A DNA stretch of 64,000 bases from Nitrosopumilus sp. (GTDB lineage: Archaea; Thermoproteota; Nitrososphaeria; Nitrososphaerales; Nitrosopumilaceae): assembly GCA_965206745.1 (NCBI GenBank), contig OZ242220.1, positions 1,120,001 through 1,184,000 of the forward strand. Direction: 5' to 3'. Numbering within the stretch: the first letter of the stretch is position 1; every line of letters starts with the position of its first letter. Position numbers and translations under genes: made by a program. The notes beneath the pieces were generated by a model, which saw only the letters and a program-made list of their open reading frames with translations, was not told the DNA's origin and made no database searches. Positions 23,986 through 34,374 of this stretch are shown in pieces.

Positions 23986-25125
23986 GTGAGAGTGAAAAAT
24001 ATCACGGTTTTAGGTTCTGGGGTCATGGGACACGGGATTGCCCAGGTTTCAGCAACTGCAGGATACAATGTGGTTTTACGAGACATCAAACAGGAATTTT
24101 TGGATAAAGCAATGGAGAAGATAAGGTGGAGTCTAGATAAGCTAGTCTCAAAAGAAAAGATATCCAAGGAAGAAGGAGACTTGATATTTTCAAGAATTAT
24201 GCCCGTTGTAGATTTGGGTGATGCGGTAAAAAATGCAGAACTGGTAATTGAGGTGGTTCCAGAGATCATGGAGTTGAAAAAATCAGTTTATGCAGAACTA
24301 GACAAGGTTGCAGGACCCAAGGTAATCTTTGCATCAAACACAAGCACGCTGCCAATTACAGAGATCGCAGATACGACATCTAGGCCGGAGAAATTTATCG
24401 GGATTCATTTCTTCAATCCGCCACAGCTGATGAAGTTAGTAGAGATAATTCCGGGGGAGAAAACCGCACAAGAGATCACAGAGCTAACTCAAGAATATGT
24501 AAAATCAGTTAACAAGCAAGCCGTGTTGTGTAGAAAAGACGTTCCAGGATTCATAATCAACAGACTGTTCATACCGATGGTTCACGAAGCATGCTTTCTC
24601 AAAGACAGGACAGGTGCAACACTTGAAGAGATTGACTCGGCAGTAAAATTCAAGATGGGATTCCCAATGGGCATATTTGAATTGGCAGATTTTACAGGAA
24701 TGGATGTCATTCACAAGGCAACAGTCGAGATGCACTTGCGTGACAAAAAAGTGATCAACCCACATCCGCTTGTCAAGAGAATGTTTGATGATAAAAAACT
24801 AGGGCAGAAATCAGGCGAAGGATATTACAGATACACTGATGACAAATACCAACGTGTGGCACTATCAGAAGAGTTAGCAGAAAAATGTGATCCGATTCAA
24901 CTGGTTGCAAATATTTTAAACAATGCAGCATGGCTTGTTACAAACGGAGCAAGCGATGTAGAGGAGATTGAAAAGGCAGCTCAGTTGGGACTGGGTCTCA
25001 AAAAACCGCTATTTGAAACCGCAAAGGAGATTGGAATCAGAAAGATTGTCGATGAGTTAAACAAACTTGCAGACAGGCATGGGGAGTTTTACAAGCCAGA
25101 CCCGCTGCTGATTGCCATGCAATAA
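23986..25125 (+). CDS. 3-hydroxyacyl-CoA (3-hydroxybutyryl-CoA) dehydrogenase
   Basis: GSGVMGHG Rossmann motif, ASNTS, GIHFFNP, PMGIFELAD; this activity is part of the thaumarchaeal 3HP/4HB cycle. Confidence 0.92.
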   Translation: MRVKNITVLGSGVMGHGIAQVSATAGYNVVLRDIKQEFLDKAMEKIRWSLDKLVSKEKISKEEGDLIFSRIMPVVDLGDAVKNAELVIEVVPEIMELKKSVYAELDKVAGPKVIFASNTSTLPITEIADTTSRPEKFIGIHFFNPPQLMKLVEIIPGEKTAQEITELTQEYVKSVNKQAVLCRKDVPGFIINRLFIPMVHEACFLKDRTGATLEEIDSAVKFKMGFPMGIFELADFTGMDVIHKATVEMHLRDKKVINPHPLVKRMFDDKKLGQKSGEGYYRYTDDKYQRVALSEELAEKCDPIQLVANILNNAAWLVTNGASDVEEIEKAAQLGLGLKKPLFETAKEIGIRKIVDELNKLADRHGEFYKPDPLLIAMQ

Positions 25126-25189
25126 TTAACAAGATTGCAAATAAAATCGATCCAGATTAATTTATAAATAATAAAATAGCGAAAAAGAT

Positions 25190-25480
25190 ATGATTCCACA
25201 ACCACCCAGACAAGAGGTTAGTATCACAAGAATGACAATTTACTCAGTGCTACCAATTCTGTCAATTTATGCAGGATGGAGAATGGAGAAATTTCGAGTA
25301 TTGTTTTTGATCAACCTAGCGATGGGTTTTGCTTCAGGAATCATATTGGGTGAAACTTTAGACTCTTATGGAAGCATTATAGGATGGATTGCAGGCATAA
25401 CCATAACAATTGTACTAGTCAGATATTTTGCCAAAGCATACAACAAACAAATTCACAACGACCAACAAGATACAGTTTAG
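25190..25480 (+). CDS. Small membrane protein
   Basis: 96 aa with 2-3 hydrophobic segments; TATA-like TTTATAAA about 22 nt upstream. Confidence 0.7.
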   Translation: MIPQPPRQEVSITRMTIYSVLPILSIYAGWRMEKFRVLFLINLAMGFASGIILGETLDSYGSIIGWIAGITITIVLVRYFAKAYNKQIHNDQQDTV

Positions 25481-25537
25481 ACCAAGACAAACAGATTTAG
25501 AGACACATTAGAGATATTTTGCAGGCTTTAAATGAAA

Positions 25538-26047
25538 TTATACATCAATCAACCCTAAGATTTTCTGTACTGCCTCTTGTGCAGTGTCAACCCCAACTAT
25601 CTTGATATTTTTTCTATGATCAATGTATCCGTCAATATAGGGATCAACTGAGCTACCGAGATTTTTGATTGCCACCATCGGCTTTTTGTACATGTAAGAT
25701 GCGCATGCTTCAGAAAGGGTACCAGAACCGCCGCCAATAATTATAACGCCATCGGCACTGAGCGCATTAAGATAATCCCTAGCAAACCCCATTCCAGTAG
25801 GAATCACAATGTCACAGTACTCATTTGCAATCGATGCATCATCTTGAGGAATTATTCCCACAGTCAAGCCCTTTGCATCCTGTGCGCCATGGGATGCAGC
25901 CTCCATTACACCACCCAATCCGCCACTAACCAAAACCGAGTCAGATTTTGCAACTTCTGATCCAACATCGTAGGCGATTTTTTCATGCTTTGGAGTGCAG
26001 CCATTAGTGTCATTTCCAATTACCAAAATTTGTCGTTTCTTTGCCAT
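25538..26047 (-). CDS. TIGR00725/LOG-like (SLOG) Rossmann protein
   Basis: SGGLGGVMEAA, TVGIIP, IGGGSGTLSE. Confidence 0.88.
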   Translation of the reverse strand: MAKKRQILVIGNDTNGCTPKHEKIAYDVGSEVAKSDSVLVSGGLGGVMEAASHGAQDAKGLTVGIIPQDDASIANEYCDIVIPTGMGFARDYLNALSADGVIIIGGGSGTLSEACASYMYKKPMVAIKNLGSSVDPYIDGYIDHRKNIKIVGVDTAQEAVQKILGLIDV

Positions 26048-26122
26048 GCGAGATATTGAAAAAATGGTTTGAAATATCTTTCCAAAAGAAAAAGATATTA
26101 GGCAAAAATATCGACTAAAACC

Positions 26123-26245
26123 ATGGAAAATCGTTCAATGCCAGTATGCTTTACTGAAAAACAGTACAAGGTGATCGAAGAGTTTGCCAAGAGAAACGGC
26201 ATGCTTAACACAAGCCAAGCCCTTGAAAAGATCTTAGGCGAATAA
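26123..26245 (+). CDS. Small ribbon-helix-helix-like protein (40 aa; not in the ORF track)
   Basis: MENRSMPVCFTEKQYKVIEEFAKRNGMLNTSQALEKILGE, followed by a T-rich terminator. Confidence 0.6.
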   Translation: MENRSMPVCFTEKQYKVIEEFAKRNGMLNTSQALEKILGE

Positions 26246-26306
26246 ACATTTTTGCTATTTTTATTTTATTTACATTTATAGAATATACCATATCAGAAAT
26301 TATCAA

Positions 26307-26717
26307 ATGGGATTATTTAGTAAAAAGCCATCATTTTGCAGCATATGCAACAAAGAGCTAACTCACAAGCACAAACCAAAAAAAGAGTGGAATATCAAGG
26401 GCCCAGTGTGTGGGGACTGTCATTTTGACAAGTCCAAGGAATACTATGAGGGCAAAGTTAGACAGCCATGTATCGTATGTGGAATGACACAGAAAATTAC
26501 AGATTTGTGGGAACCCAGATGGCAGTGGGACATGGAGGGTCTGCTATGCAAAAAATGCTTTGATCAAAAAGAAGAGGACCATGGCAAGAAAAAGAACTTT
26601 TGTTCATTATGCGGAGGGAAAATGGGGCTGATCAGGTACAACCCAAAGGGAAATTGGAAGATAGAAGGTCAGCTTTGCAGAAAGTGCTGGGATGAAAAGA
26701 AGGCAGAGTTTGGATAA
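26307..26717 (+). CDS. Protein with three CxxC...W..G..CxxC zinc-binding repeats
   Basis: CSIC..WNIKGPVCGDC; CIVC..WDMEGLLCKKC; CSLC..WKIEGQLCRKC. Confidence 0.85.
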   Translation: MGLFSKKPSFCSICNKELTHKHKPKKEWNIKGPVCGDCHFDKSKEYYEGKVRQPCIVCGMTQKITDLWEPRWQWDMEGLLCKKCFDQKEEDHGKKKNFCSLCGGKMGLIRYNPKGNWKIEGQLCRKCWDEKKAEFG

Positions 26718-26718
26718 A

Positions 26719-26916
26719 GTGGCATTCTTTAAAAAAATCAAATGTGAAATATGTGATAAGAAATTTTCAAAGGAAGAGGAGGTCATGAATCACAAGCAAA
26801 TCGTTCATGGTAAAGACTTGAAGTATGATTGCAAAGTTTGTGACAGATATTTTTCAAACATGGAAGATATGAGAACACATTTGCAAAGAGAGCACAGCTA
26901 CAAAAAAGACAGATAA
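26719..26916 (+). CDS. Tandem C2H2 zinc-finger protein
   Basis: CEIC...HKQIVH and CKVC...HLQREH; GTG start at 26719. Confidence 0.85.
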   Translation: MAFFKKIKCEICDKKFSKEEEVMNHKQIVHGKDLKYDCKVCDRYFSNMEDMRTHLQREHSYKKDR

Positions 26917-27111
26917 TTAGATTGCTTTTACTGTCTTGACTACTGGTGGTCTATCTTTGGTAAATACTCTGAATCCGCAAATACATTTGATTTCAGGTAA
27001 TCGAGACAATTCAGAATTTAGAACGCTAGTACCGCATCTCAAACACGAATAACTTACATCAAAAGTCTCAACAGGGATCTCTTCTACCTCATCAATTTGT
27101 TCTTCAGCCAT
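26917..27111 (-). CDS. rpoP: DNA-directed RNA polymerase subunit P (Rpo12)
   Basis: YSCLRCG...IKCICGFRVFTKDRPPVVKTVKAI. Confidence 0.88.
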   Translation of the reverse strand: MAEEQIDEVEEIPVETFDVSYSCLRCGTSVLNSELSRLPEIKCICGFRVFTKDRPPVVKTVKAI

Positions 27112-27149
27112 ATTTATCATCAAAATTTCTATAATTTAAGGATACCAGA

Positions 27150-27458
27150 TTATGTCAGGGATAATTCAATATATACATCATCGGGGATCTTTAGCCTCAT
27201 TAGTTGTCTGATTGCCTTGTCATCAGCGTTGATATTGATAATTCTTCTATGCATCTTCATCTCCCATTTTTCATAGGTTTCAGTTCCACTGCCACATGGC
27301 GACTTTCTAGTTGCAACATGGAGTCTTTTTACAGGAAGCGGAGTCGGACCTTTAACCTTGACACCGGTTTTTTTACCAATGCCCATGATCTCGCCACATA
27401 CATCATCCAATTTTGGAAGGCTAGTAGAAGTGAGTTTAACACGGGCGGTTTGTGTCAT
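27150..27458 (-). CDS. rpsJ: 30S ribosomal protein uS10
   Basis: GPTPLP, RKSPCGSGTETYEKWEMKMHRR. Confidence 0.97.
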   Translation of the reverse strand: MTQTARVKLTSTSLPKLDDVCGEIMGIGKKTGVKVKGPTPLPVKRLHVATRKSPCGSGTETYEKWEMKMHRRIININADDKAIRQLMRLKIPDDVYIELSLT

Positions 27459-27467
27459 AAAATCCGC

Positions 27468-28766
27468 CTATGGTTTGTACTCTTCGGTAATTTCCTTTAC
27501 AATTCCTGCTGCAATAGTTGCACCCATGTCTCTAAGGGCGAATCTTCCCATCTCAGGGAAGTCTTGGAAAGTTTCTATGCATGTTGGTCTCACAGGTCTG
27601 ATCTTTACAATTGCAGAGTCTCCAACCTTGAGGAATTTTGGATTTTCTTCTTCAACTGCACCAGATGCTGGATTGATCTTTTGGAGGAATTCTGTAACTG
27701 TTGCTGCAACTTGTGTAGTGTGTGCGTGCATTACCGGCGTATAACCAGGAGCAATTGCAGTTGGGTGGTGAATAACAATAATTTGTGCCTTGAACTCTTT
27801 TGCAACGTTTGGTGGTGCATCAGGAGTACCAAGAACGTCTCCCCTCTTGATATCTTTCTTTTCAATACCTCTAAGGTTAAAACCAATGTTGTCACCTGCT
27901 TCGGCACTTGGCATCTCTGTGTGGTGTGTCTCGATGGATTTGATTTCGCCGAGTGCGCCAGAAGGCATGACGATGATCTTTTGTCCTGCTTTCATTAGAC
28001 CAGTTTCTACTCTGCCTACAGGCACAGTACCTACACCAGTGATAGTGTAGACGTCTTGTATAGGAACACGCAATGGTTTGCCTACAGGTTTTTCAGTTAT
28101 CTTAAAGTCATCAAATGATTCAAGCAGTGTCTTGCCTTTGTACCAAGCCATGTTTTCAGATCTATTGACCAAGTTATCGCCCTTCCATCCAGATACTGGA
28201 ATGACAGGCACGTCTTCTAACTTGTAACCAACAGATTTTGCTAGTTTTTCACCCTTTTCTTTGGCTGCAAGAAATGCATCTTCTTTGTATTCGACTGCAT
28301 CCATTTTGTTGATTGCAATAATGATTTGGCTTACACCAAGTGTTTTGAGCAAGAATGCGTGTTCTCTTGCCTGCCCACCTGCAGCAATTGCAGTGTCAGT
28401 CTCGCCTTCTTTTGCTGAAAGTACCAAGATGGCAGCATCTGCTTCAGAAGCACCAGTAATCATGTTTTTAATAAAATCCCTGTGACCAGGAGCATCAATT
28501 AGGGTAAAGAAATACTTTGGTGACTCAAATTTTTGGAAGGCCAGATCGATTGTAATGCCTCTCTCCCTCTCGTCTTTAATGTTATCCATAACCCAAGCAT
28601 ACTTGAAAGTATCACCTTTTCCGGTCTTTTCGGATTCTGCTCCGTGAGCAGCAATAGTCCTTTCATCTACAACCCCAAGATCCATCAAAAAATGACCCAT
28701 AGTAGTGGATTTTCCATTATCAATATGTCCTGTAACAATCAGGTTCAAGTGTGGTTTATCTGCCAT
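27468..28766 (-). CDS. tuf: Translation elongation factor EF-1 alpha
   Basis: GHIDNGKST, ERERGITI, DAPGH, NKMD; start set at MADKPH (28766). Confidence 0.98.
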   Translation of the reverse strand: MADKPHLNLIVTGHIDNGKSTTMGHFLMDLGVVDERTIAAHGAESEKTGKGDTFKYAWVMDNIKDERERGITIDLAFQKFESPKYFFTLIDAPGHRDFIKNMITGASEADAAILVLSAKEGETDTAIAAGGQAREHAFLLKTLGVSQIIIAINKMDAVEYKEDAFLAAKEKGEKLAKSVGYKLEDVPVIPVSGWKGDNLVNRSENMAWYKGKTLLESFDDFKITEKPVGKPLRVPIQDVYTITGVGTVPVGRVETGLMKAGQKIIVMPSGALGEIKSIETHHTEMPSAEAGDNIGFNLRGIEKKDIKRGDVLGTPDAPPNVAKEFKAQIIVIHHPTAIAPGYTPVMHAHTTQVAATVTEFLQKINPASGAVEEENPKFLKVGDSAIVKIRPVRPTCIETFQDFPEMGRFALRDMGATIAAGIVKEITEEYKP

Positions 28767-28896
28767 ATGAGATGGCTTACAAAGGGCATTTATTACTGTT
28801 ATGAATTTTTGAAGAAAAATCAAAAAATATTCAAATAATTACAGATCAGAAAACTTTGCTAAAAGCACATAAATCAAAGAGATAAAAATCAAAACT

Positions 28897-30030
28897 ATGA
28901 AAATTACAGTTTCAGTTATCAAAGCAGATGTCGGTGGAATCGGCGGGCATACAAGACCTAGTGACGGCCTAATCAAAGCAATTAGAGATACCGTTAAAAA
29001 TTCAGGAGATCTTCTAATTGATCATTACATAGGATATTGCGGGGATGACACCCACATTGTCATGACTCATACGCATGGTGTGGACAATGAAAAAATCCAC
29101 AAGCTAGCATGGGATGCATTCATGGCAGGAACTAAAGTGGCAAAAGAAGAGGGGCTGTACGGGGCAGGTCAAGATTTGCTAAAAGATTCTTTTTCAGGAA
29201 ATGTAAAAGGAATGGGTCCAGGAGTTGCAGAACTGGAATTCGAAGAAAGGCCAAATGAAGCTTTCACCGTATTTGCAGCAGACAAGACAGAGCCTGGAGC
29301 ATTCAACTATCCCATCTACAGAATGTTTGTAGATACGCTAAGCAACACAGCATTGATTGTAAACAAAAGTCTTGCAAGTGGGGTGGTAATGAACATCATG
29401 GATGTGGAAAAGGCACAAATTGCAGAACTGCACCTATGGGAAGACAAACCTACTATCGAGGCGGCATTAATGTATCCTGGAAGATACGTTGTAGATTCAG
29501 TATACACCAAAGATGGACAGCCGATTCTTGATGCATCAACTGACAGACTGCACAACATTGCTGGAACATATGTTGGAAAAGATGATCCGATCATGCTAGT
29601 AAGAACTCAAAAAAACTTTCCAGCAACAGAAGAAGTTGGAAGTATGTTTAACAATCCGCACTATGTTGCAGGAAACACAAGAGGTAGCCATAATATGCCA
29701 TTAATGCCGGTAAAATTAAACTCGGCAGCATCAATCAACTTTTGCATTCCAATTGTGGAATCACTAGTGTTCAGCATGCACAATGGCAAATTGGTGGGAC
29801 CATTTGACGGATTCTCAACTCCTGATTGGGACTATATCAGGGAAATTGCAACAAAGAAGGCAATTGCAATCAGAGGCCAAGGGTTCATTCATCCGGCAAC
29901 ACTAGTGCCATCAGAACTAGAATATGCTGAAGGCTACAGGGCAAGAATGGACGTTCTTCAAACCAAGATGAAGCCAATGAAAGAGACATCATCTAGCGAA
30001 AAGAGAGAGAATTACGAAGATCCAGATTAG
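28897..30030 (+). CDS. fbp: Fructose-1,6-bisphosphate aldolase/phosphatase
   Basis: IKADVGGIGGH, GLYGAGQDLL, DKTEPGA, YVGKDDP, RGSH. Confidence 0.96.
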   Translation: MKITVSVIKADVGGIGGHTRPSDGLIKAIRDTVKNSGDLLIDHYIGYCGDDTHIVMTHTHGVDNEKIHKLAWDAFMAGTKVAKEEGLYGAGQDLLKDSFSGNVKGMGPGVAELEFEERPNEAFTVFAADKTEPGAFNYPIYRMFVDTLSNTALIVNKSLASGVVMNIMDVEKAQIAELHLWEDKPTIEAALMYPGRYVVDSVYTKDGQPILDASTDRLHNIAGTYVGKDDPIMLVRTQKNFPATEEVGSMFNNPHYVAGNTRGSHNMPLMPVKLNSAASINFCIPIVESLVFSMHNGKLVGPFDGFSTPDWDYIREIATKKAIAIRGQGFIHPATLVPSELEYAEGYRARMDVLQTKMKPMKETSSSEKRENYEDPD

Positions 30031-30077
30031 CAGATCCGGATCTTGCCAGCCATGGGAAATAGTTAAATCAAAAAAGG

Positions 30078-30506
30078 TTGTACCAATATCAGGTCATGAA
30101 TGCGTTTCAGAAGATGCTGGATTGGAAGACATACATGTTTACAGCAGTGGCAGTCATATCTTTTTCAAGTTTTGTAGCGGTATTATTTGGACAGACTATT
30201 CCGGGAATCATTTTAGCGTTTTTCAAAATCGCCGGAGAATACGTAATTTTAGGATCTGTGTTTATCTTTGCACTTGCATGGCTCCTCAAAGCAAAACCAC
30301 ATAATCGCCCCAAAGAATACGAAATAGTTCCATTTGATGTATATGGCAAGAAAAGCAGAATAGACGGGATCAGGACAAAGTTCAGGACAAACGATGTGGC
30401 GTGGAGCTTTATGAAACAATACAAGGAATCATACCCATTTTACAACTTTGCACTAGTTTCAAATCTTCCAAAATCGGACAAACCTACCATCTTCAGATAC
30501 ATCTAA
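30078..30506 (+). CDS. Membrane protein, hypothetical (start probably at ATG 30096)
   Basis: Two hydrophobic segments followed by a soluble tail. Confidence 0.7.
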   Translation: MYQYQVMNAFQKMLDWKTYMFTAVAVISFSSFVAVLFGQTIPGIILAFFKIAGEYVILGSVFIFALAWLLKAKPHNRPKEYEIVPFDVYGKKSRIDGIRTKFRTNDVAWSFMKQYKESYPFYNFALVSNLPKSDKPTIFRYI

Positions 30507-30542
30507 TTCAGACTTTTATTCGAGATTGTACAGAGAAGTGAG

Positions 30543-32309
30543 ATGGAGTTTTCAACATTAGCTGAATCTTTTGAGAAGATGGAATCAACTAGAAAAAGAC
30601 TAGAGTTGACACAGTTTCTAGTAGAGTTGTTTGAAAAAACACCCCATGATGTTATTTCAAAAATAGTGTATCTCATCCAAGGAAAGTTAAGGCCTGACTT
30701 TGAGGGGGTTGAGTTAGGGGTCGCCGAAAAGCTTGCAATAAGGGCAATATCAAAATCATCAGGAATTCCAATAAAAAAAATCGAGGATGAATACAGAAAA
30801 GGGGGAGATTTGGGGCACGCATCATCAATAATTTTAGAGCAGAAGACTCAGACTACATTTCTTGTCGAGGACATCACAGTAGAGAGGGTATATGACACAT
30901 TATTTAAAATTGCAAAGCTGGGAGGATCAAGATCTCAAGATATGAAAATGAAATACATTTCAAGTTTGCTCAATGACGCAACCCCATTAGAGGCGAGCTT
31001 CATTTTGAAAATATTGTTAGGCACTTTAAGATTGGGAATAGCAGAGAACACAGTAATGGATGCTCTGGCAATAGCGTTTTCAGGGAATAAGGAGAATAGG
31101 AAAAAATTACAATATGCGTACAACGTATCTAGTGATTTGGGAAAAGTTGCCGAAACAATTGCAGCAAAAGGTTTGGAGGGGATTGAAAAATTCGAGATTG
31201 TTTTGTTCAACCCCATCAGACCAATGTTGGCTGACAGAGTAAAAAGCGAATCAGAGGCAATAGAAAAAATGGGCAATGAGTTTGCCGCAGAATACAAACT
31301 AGACGGAGAAAGAGTGCAACTTCACATAGAAGGAGAGAAAGTGGCATTGTTTTCAAGAAGTTTGGAAAACATTCAGAGTTACTACCCAGACATTATAGAA
31401 AGAATCCCCAAAAACATACAAGCAGACAACATAATTTTAGAGGCAGAAGCTGTGGCAATAAATGAAAACACCGGGGAGTTTTTGCCTTTCCAAGAGTTAA
31501 TGCACAGAAGAAGGAAATACAAGATCGAAAAGGCAGTTACAGAATACCCAATCACGGTAAATTTTTTCGATGTCCTGTATTGCAATGGAAAGAGTTGCAT
31601 GGAGATAGATTACAAAGAAAGAAGGGAAAAACTAGAAAAGCATGTCAAAGAGGATGAGTTTGCGAAATACATCCCAATGAGTATAGTAAAAAATGAAAGC
31701 GAGATTGGGGATTTTATGGAAAACAGCATCAATGCAGGAAGTGAAGGATTAATGTTGAAAATGCTAGACAAGCCATATCAAGCAGGGTCTAGAGGAAGTC
31801 ATTGGTTGAAATTAAAACGAGAGTACAGAAATGAGCTAGGGGATAGTTTGGATCTCGTGGTGATAGGAGGATATTTTGGCAAAGGCAGAAGAACCGGAAG
31901 CTATGGAACGTTGCTCTTAGCAACGTATGATGAAGACGAAGATACGTTTCCAAGTATTTGCAAAGTGGGAACGGGGTTTTCAGATGAATCCCTAGATCAG
32001 TTGTATCAGATCTTACATCCAAAAGTTTCAATCAAGAAGAATCCACGCATCATAAGCGAGATGGAGGCAGATGTGTGGTTTGAGCCCGAATTGGTAATTG
32101 AGATAGTCGCATCAGAAATTACGCTCAGTCCAATCCATAAAGCCGCAATGGGCGCAATACGAAAAGATACAGGGCTGGCTTTGAGATTTCCAAAATTCAC
32201 AGGGAAGATCAGGCTGGAGAAAGCAGTGGAGGATGCATCAACCAATGAGGAGGTTCTCACGCTATACAAAGGACAGAAGAAGGTAGCACATGAGAAAAAT
32301 TTAATGTGA
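30543..32309 (+). CDS. lig: ATP-dependent DNA ligase
   Basis: EYKLDGER, EGLMLK, WLKLK, LRFPKF. Confidence 0.97.
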   Translation: MEFSTLAESFEKMESTRKRLELTQFLVELFEKTPHDVISKIVYLIQGKLRPDFEGVELGVAEKLAIRAISKSSGIPIKKIEDEYRKGGDLGHASSIILEQKTQTTFLVEDITVERVYDTLFKIAKLGGSRSQDMKMKYISSLLNDATPLEASFILKILLGTLRLGIAENTVMDALAIAFSGNKENRKKLQYAYNVSSDLGKVAETIAAKGLEGIEKFEIVLFNPIRPMLADRVKSESEAIEKMGNEFAAEYKLDGERVQLHIEGEKVALFSRSLENIQSYYPDIIERIPKNIQADNIILEAEAVAINENTGEFLPFQELMHRRRKYKIEKAVTEYPITVNFFDVLYCNGKSCMEIDYKERREKLEKHVKEDEFAKYIPMSIVKNESEIGDFMENSINAGSEGLMLKMLDKPYQAGSRGSHWLKLKREYRNELGDSLDLVVIGGYFGKGRRTGSYGTLLLATYDEDEDTFPSICKVGTGFSDESLDQLYQILHPKVSIKKNPRIISEMEADVWFEPELVIEIVASEITLSPIHKAAMGAIRKDTGLALRFPKFTGKIRLEKAVEDASTNEEVLTLYKGQKKVAHEKNLM

Positions 32310-32376
32310 TTTATGCTCAAAAAATATCCAAAATCATAGAGGATTTAAATTACCACGAGATATTTTCATTTATGTT

Positions 32377-33030
32377 ATGTATAGTGGAGAGCTTGAAGTT
32401 CAAGCAAAAAGAAAGGCCATAGCAGTTTTACAAGACGAAATCAACAGAATTCTAAATGCGTCCAGAGAACTTGCAACGCTTCCTGAATTAATGATGAAAA
32501 AGGACAAGGCAGGAATAAAAAACACGCTAGAGCAAATTTCAACAATCGAGGAGGAAGTTGAAAATTTGAGAAGGAAGATCACACGTGAAGTTGCAGATGT
32601 GGGAGGATTAATCATGAACAGAGAAAATCTTTTGAACACAGCATACACGATGGATGAGATTGCAGGTTACATTACAGGCATCTCATTTAAGCTATCAAAT
32701 GTAAAAATTACAACGCTAAAGAGTGCAAAGCTGGATACGGACATTACAAAATTGATTGAATTGGTGGTAGACGAAGTTTACAAACTAAATGAAATCATTC
32801 GTAGTCTCAATACAAACACTGCAAATGCCATTGAATTAGCACAGGAAACACAGACAATTGAAAGAGAGATCGACATAAAATACAGACAGGCCACGATAAA
32901 ACTCCTAACGGCAGTTACAAATACAAAAGAACTGTTGTTGATCAAAGATGTAATAGAGGGAATCGAGGAGATGTCAGATAAATGTCAAAGGGTTTCAGAT
33001 TCTTTCATACTGCTAGCACTAAGCCTGTGA
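32377..33030 (+). CDS. DUF47/PhoU-like helical protein
   Basis: Two helical repeats (IEEEVENLRR; IEREIDIKYR; EEMSDKC). Confidence 0.8.
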   Translation: MYSGELEVQAKRKAIAVLQDEINRILNASRELATLPELMMKKDKAGIKNTLEQISTIEEEVENLRRKITREVADVGGLIMNRENLLNTAYTMDEIAGYITGISFKLSNVKITTLKSAKLDTDITKLIELVVDEVYKLNEIIRSLNTNTANAIELAQETQTIEREIDIKYRQATIKLLTAVTNTKELLLIKDVIEGIEEMSDKCQRVSDSFILLALSL

Positions 33031-33120
33031 CCAAAGTCTCATATTTTTACTTTATTTTCAATTTTGAGCGGCGCTCCGCGTCACTAGAGAATTCATATAC
33101 AGACAGAAGGTTGCAAGTAT

Positions 33121-33657
33121 ATGAAAAGTGAGTTAATTGAAAACAGAATCATAGTATGGAATATCGAGGATTCAAAGAAACTTTTCAGCCAGGGATACTA
33201 TGGCAAGCCCATTGGAATTCCAAAACCAAAAATTGAAGAGATAGACGCACCCCTAATCCTAGATCTAATCGAAGGGCTGTACTTGTTGGAAAATAAAAAA
33301 ATTACGATTACAAAATCAAAACAAAGAATTTCCGTGGAGGGATTAATAGAGATATGCAAGAAGGAAGTTTTTGAGTTTGATAAAAAGTATCTAGTGTACA
33401 GGAACTTTAGAGACAAAGGATACATCATCAACCCTGGAATAAAATTTGGATGTGACTTTGCAGTTTATGAAAAAGGCCCAGGCATTGATCACGCCCCATT
33501 TTTAGTTCAAGTGTACACAAGGAGTGAATCAATATCATCAACAGCAATAGTTCTGGCAGGAAGATTGGCAACAACGGTCAGAAAACAATTCATTTTGGCA
33601 ATCCCAAAAGGCAAAGACAAGGTGGACTTTTTGGCGCTAGATTGGTGGAAAGCTTAA
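33121..33657 (+). CDS. endA: tRNA-intron lyase, catalytic subunit
   Basis: GIKFGCDFAVY, GIDHAP, RLATTVRK (Tyr/His/Lys triad). Confidence 0.93.
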   Translation: MKSELIENRIIVWNIEDSKKLFSQGYYGKPIGIPKPKIEEIDAPLILDLIEGLYLLENKKITITKSKQRISVEGLIEICKKEVFEFDKKYLVYRNFRDKGYIINPGIKFGCDFAVYEKGPGIDHAPFLVQVYTRSESISSTAIVLAGRLATTVRKQFILAIPKGKDKVDFLALDWWKA

Positions 33658-34037
33658 ACAGACTTTATGTGAGCTGCTATTTTATCATAAATTTCAAAAA
33701 GTTCTTTGGTGATTCCAAAAGCGATATGGTTGTCCCATTTACTTCTGATTCTGACTGCCACTTCTGTAGGCTCAACATAGATGGTGGCATCTTTGATGGA
33801 TTGTTTTGCTATCATTTCATTGAGTTCAGTGTCAGCGTTTAGTTTTGAGGCCAAACTTCCAGGGCCATCCCATTCCACCTTAACTATGGTCTTTGTTCCA
33901 AAATGACCCCTAGTGGCCAGTTTAGTTTTTGCAACATAGTTGGCAAACTCCAAACCAGCAGATTTTCTAACTATAAACTGGGCTTGAAATCTGTCTAGTG
34001 CGCCCCATGGAAGTGGATTTGTATCTTGCATTCCCAT
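33654..34037 (-). CDS. Hypothetical protein
   Basis: 127-aa ORF, tightly spaced with the upstream gene. Confidence 0.7.
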   Translation of the reverse strand: MGMQDTNPLPWGALDRFQAQFIVRKSAGLEFANYVAKTKLATRGHFGTKTIVKVEWDGPGSLASKLNADTELNEMIAKQSIKDATIYVEPTEVAVRIRSKWDNHIAFGITKELFEIYDKIAAHIKSV

Positions 34038-34039
34038 CC

Positions 34040-34279
34040 CTATCCCTTTTGAATAATTTGTATTGCGTCAATATTTGAATTCTTGAGATCAATACATCCT
34101 CGATTAGTCACCATTCTTGGTGTTTGGGCAAAATATCTACTATAATAATCGTCTCTTTCAATTTCATCAGTTCCAATCTCTTTAGATTCAGAATCTATGC
34201 CGATCTCTTTTAACATTGAAGAAAATTTCTCAGGCCATGATTGGTAGACAAATGTGTCTGATTCTGTATCATGCATCAA
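34040..34279 (-). CDS. Hypothetical small protein
   Basis: 79-aa ORF; TATA-like TTTATT about 22 nt upstream. Confidence 0.65.
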   Translation of the reverse strand: MMHDTESDTFVYQSWPEKFSSMLKEIGIDSESKEIGTDEIERDDYYSRYFAQTPRMVTNRGCIDLKNSNIDAIQIIQKG

Positions 34280-34374
34280 AAATCATGAATCATACCCACA
34301 AATAAAGATATCAAGAAAAAATCAGGGCAGGGATCAATCAAAATAAATATCACAAAAGTTTTGTCAGTTCATCT

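Noticed and set aside
27204-27998. 264-aa plus-strand ORF and similar antisense ORFs (e.g. 46554-47090, 42994-43482, 56495-56923)
   Set aside because: Antisense shadows of conserved genes (tuf/rpsJ, PINA, tauE, leuB) with no motifs of their own.
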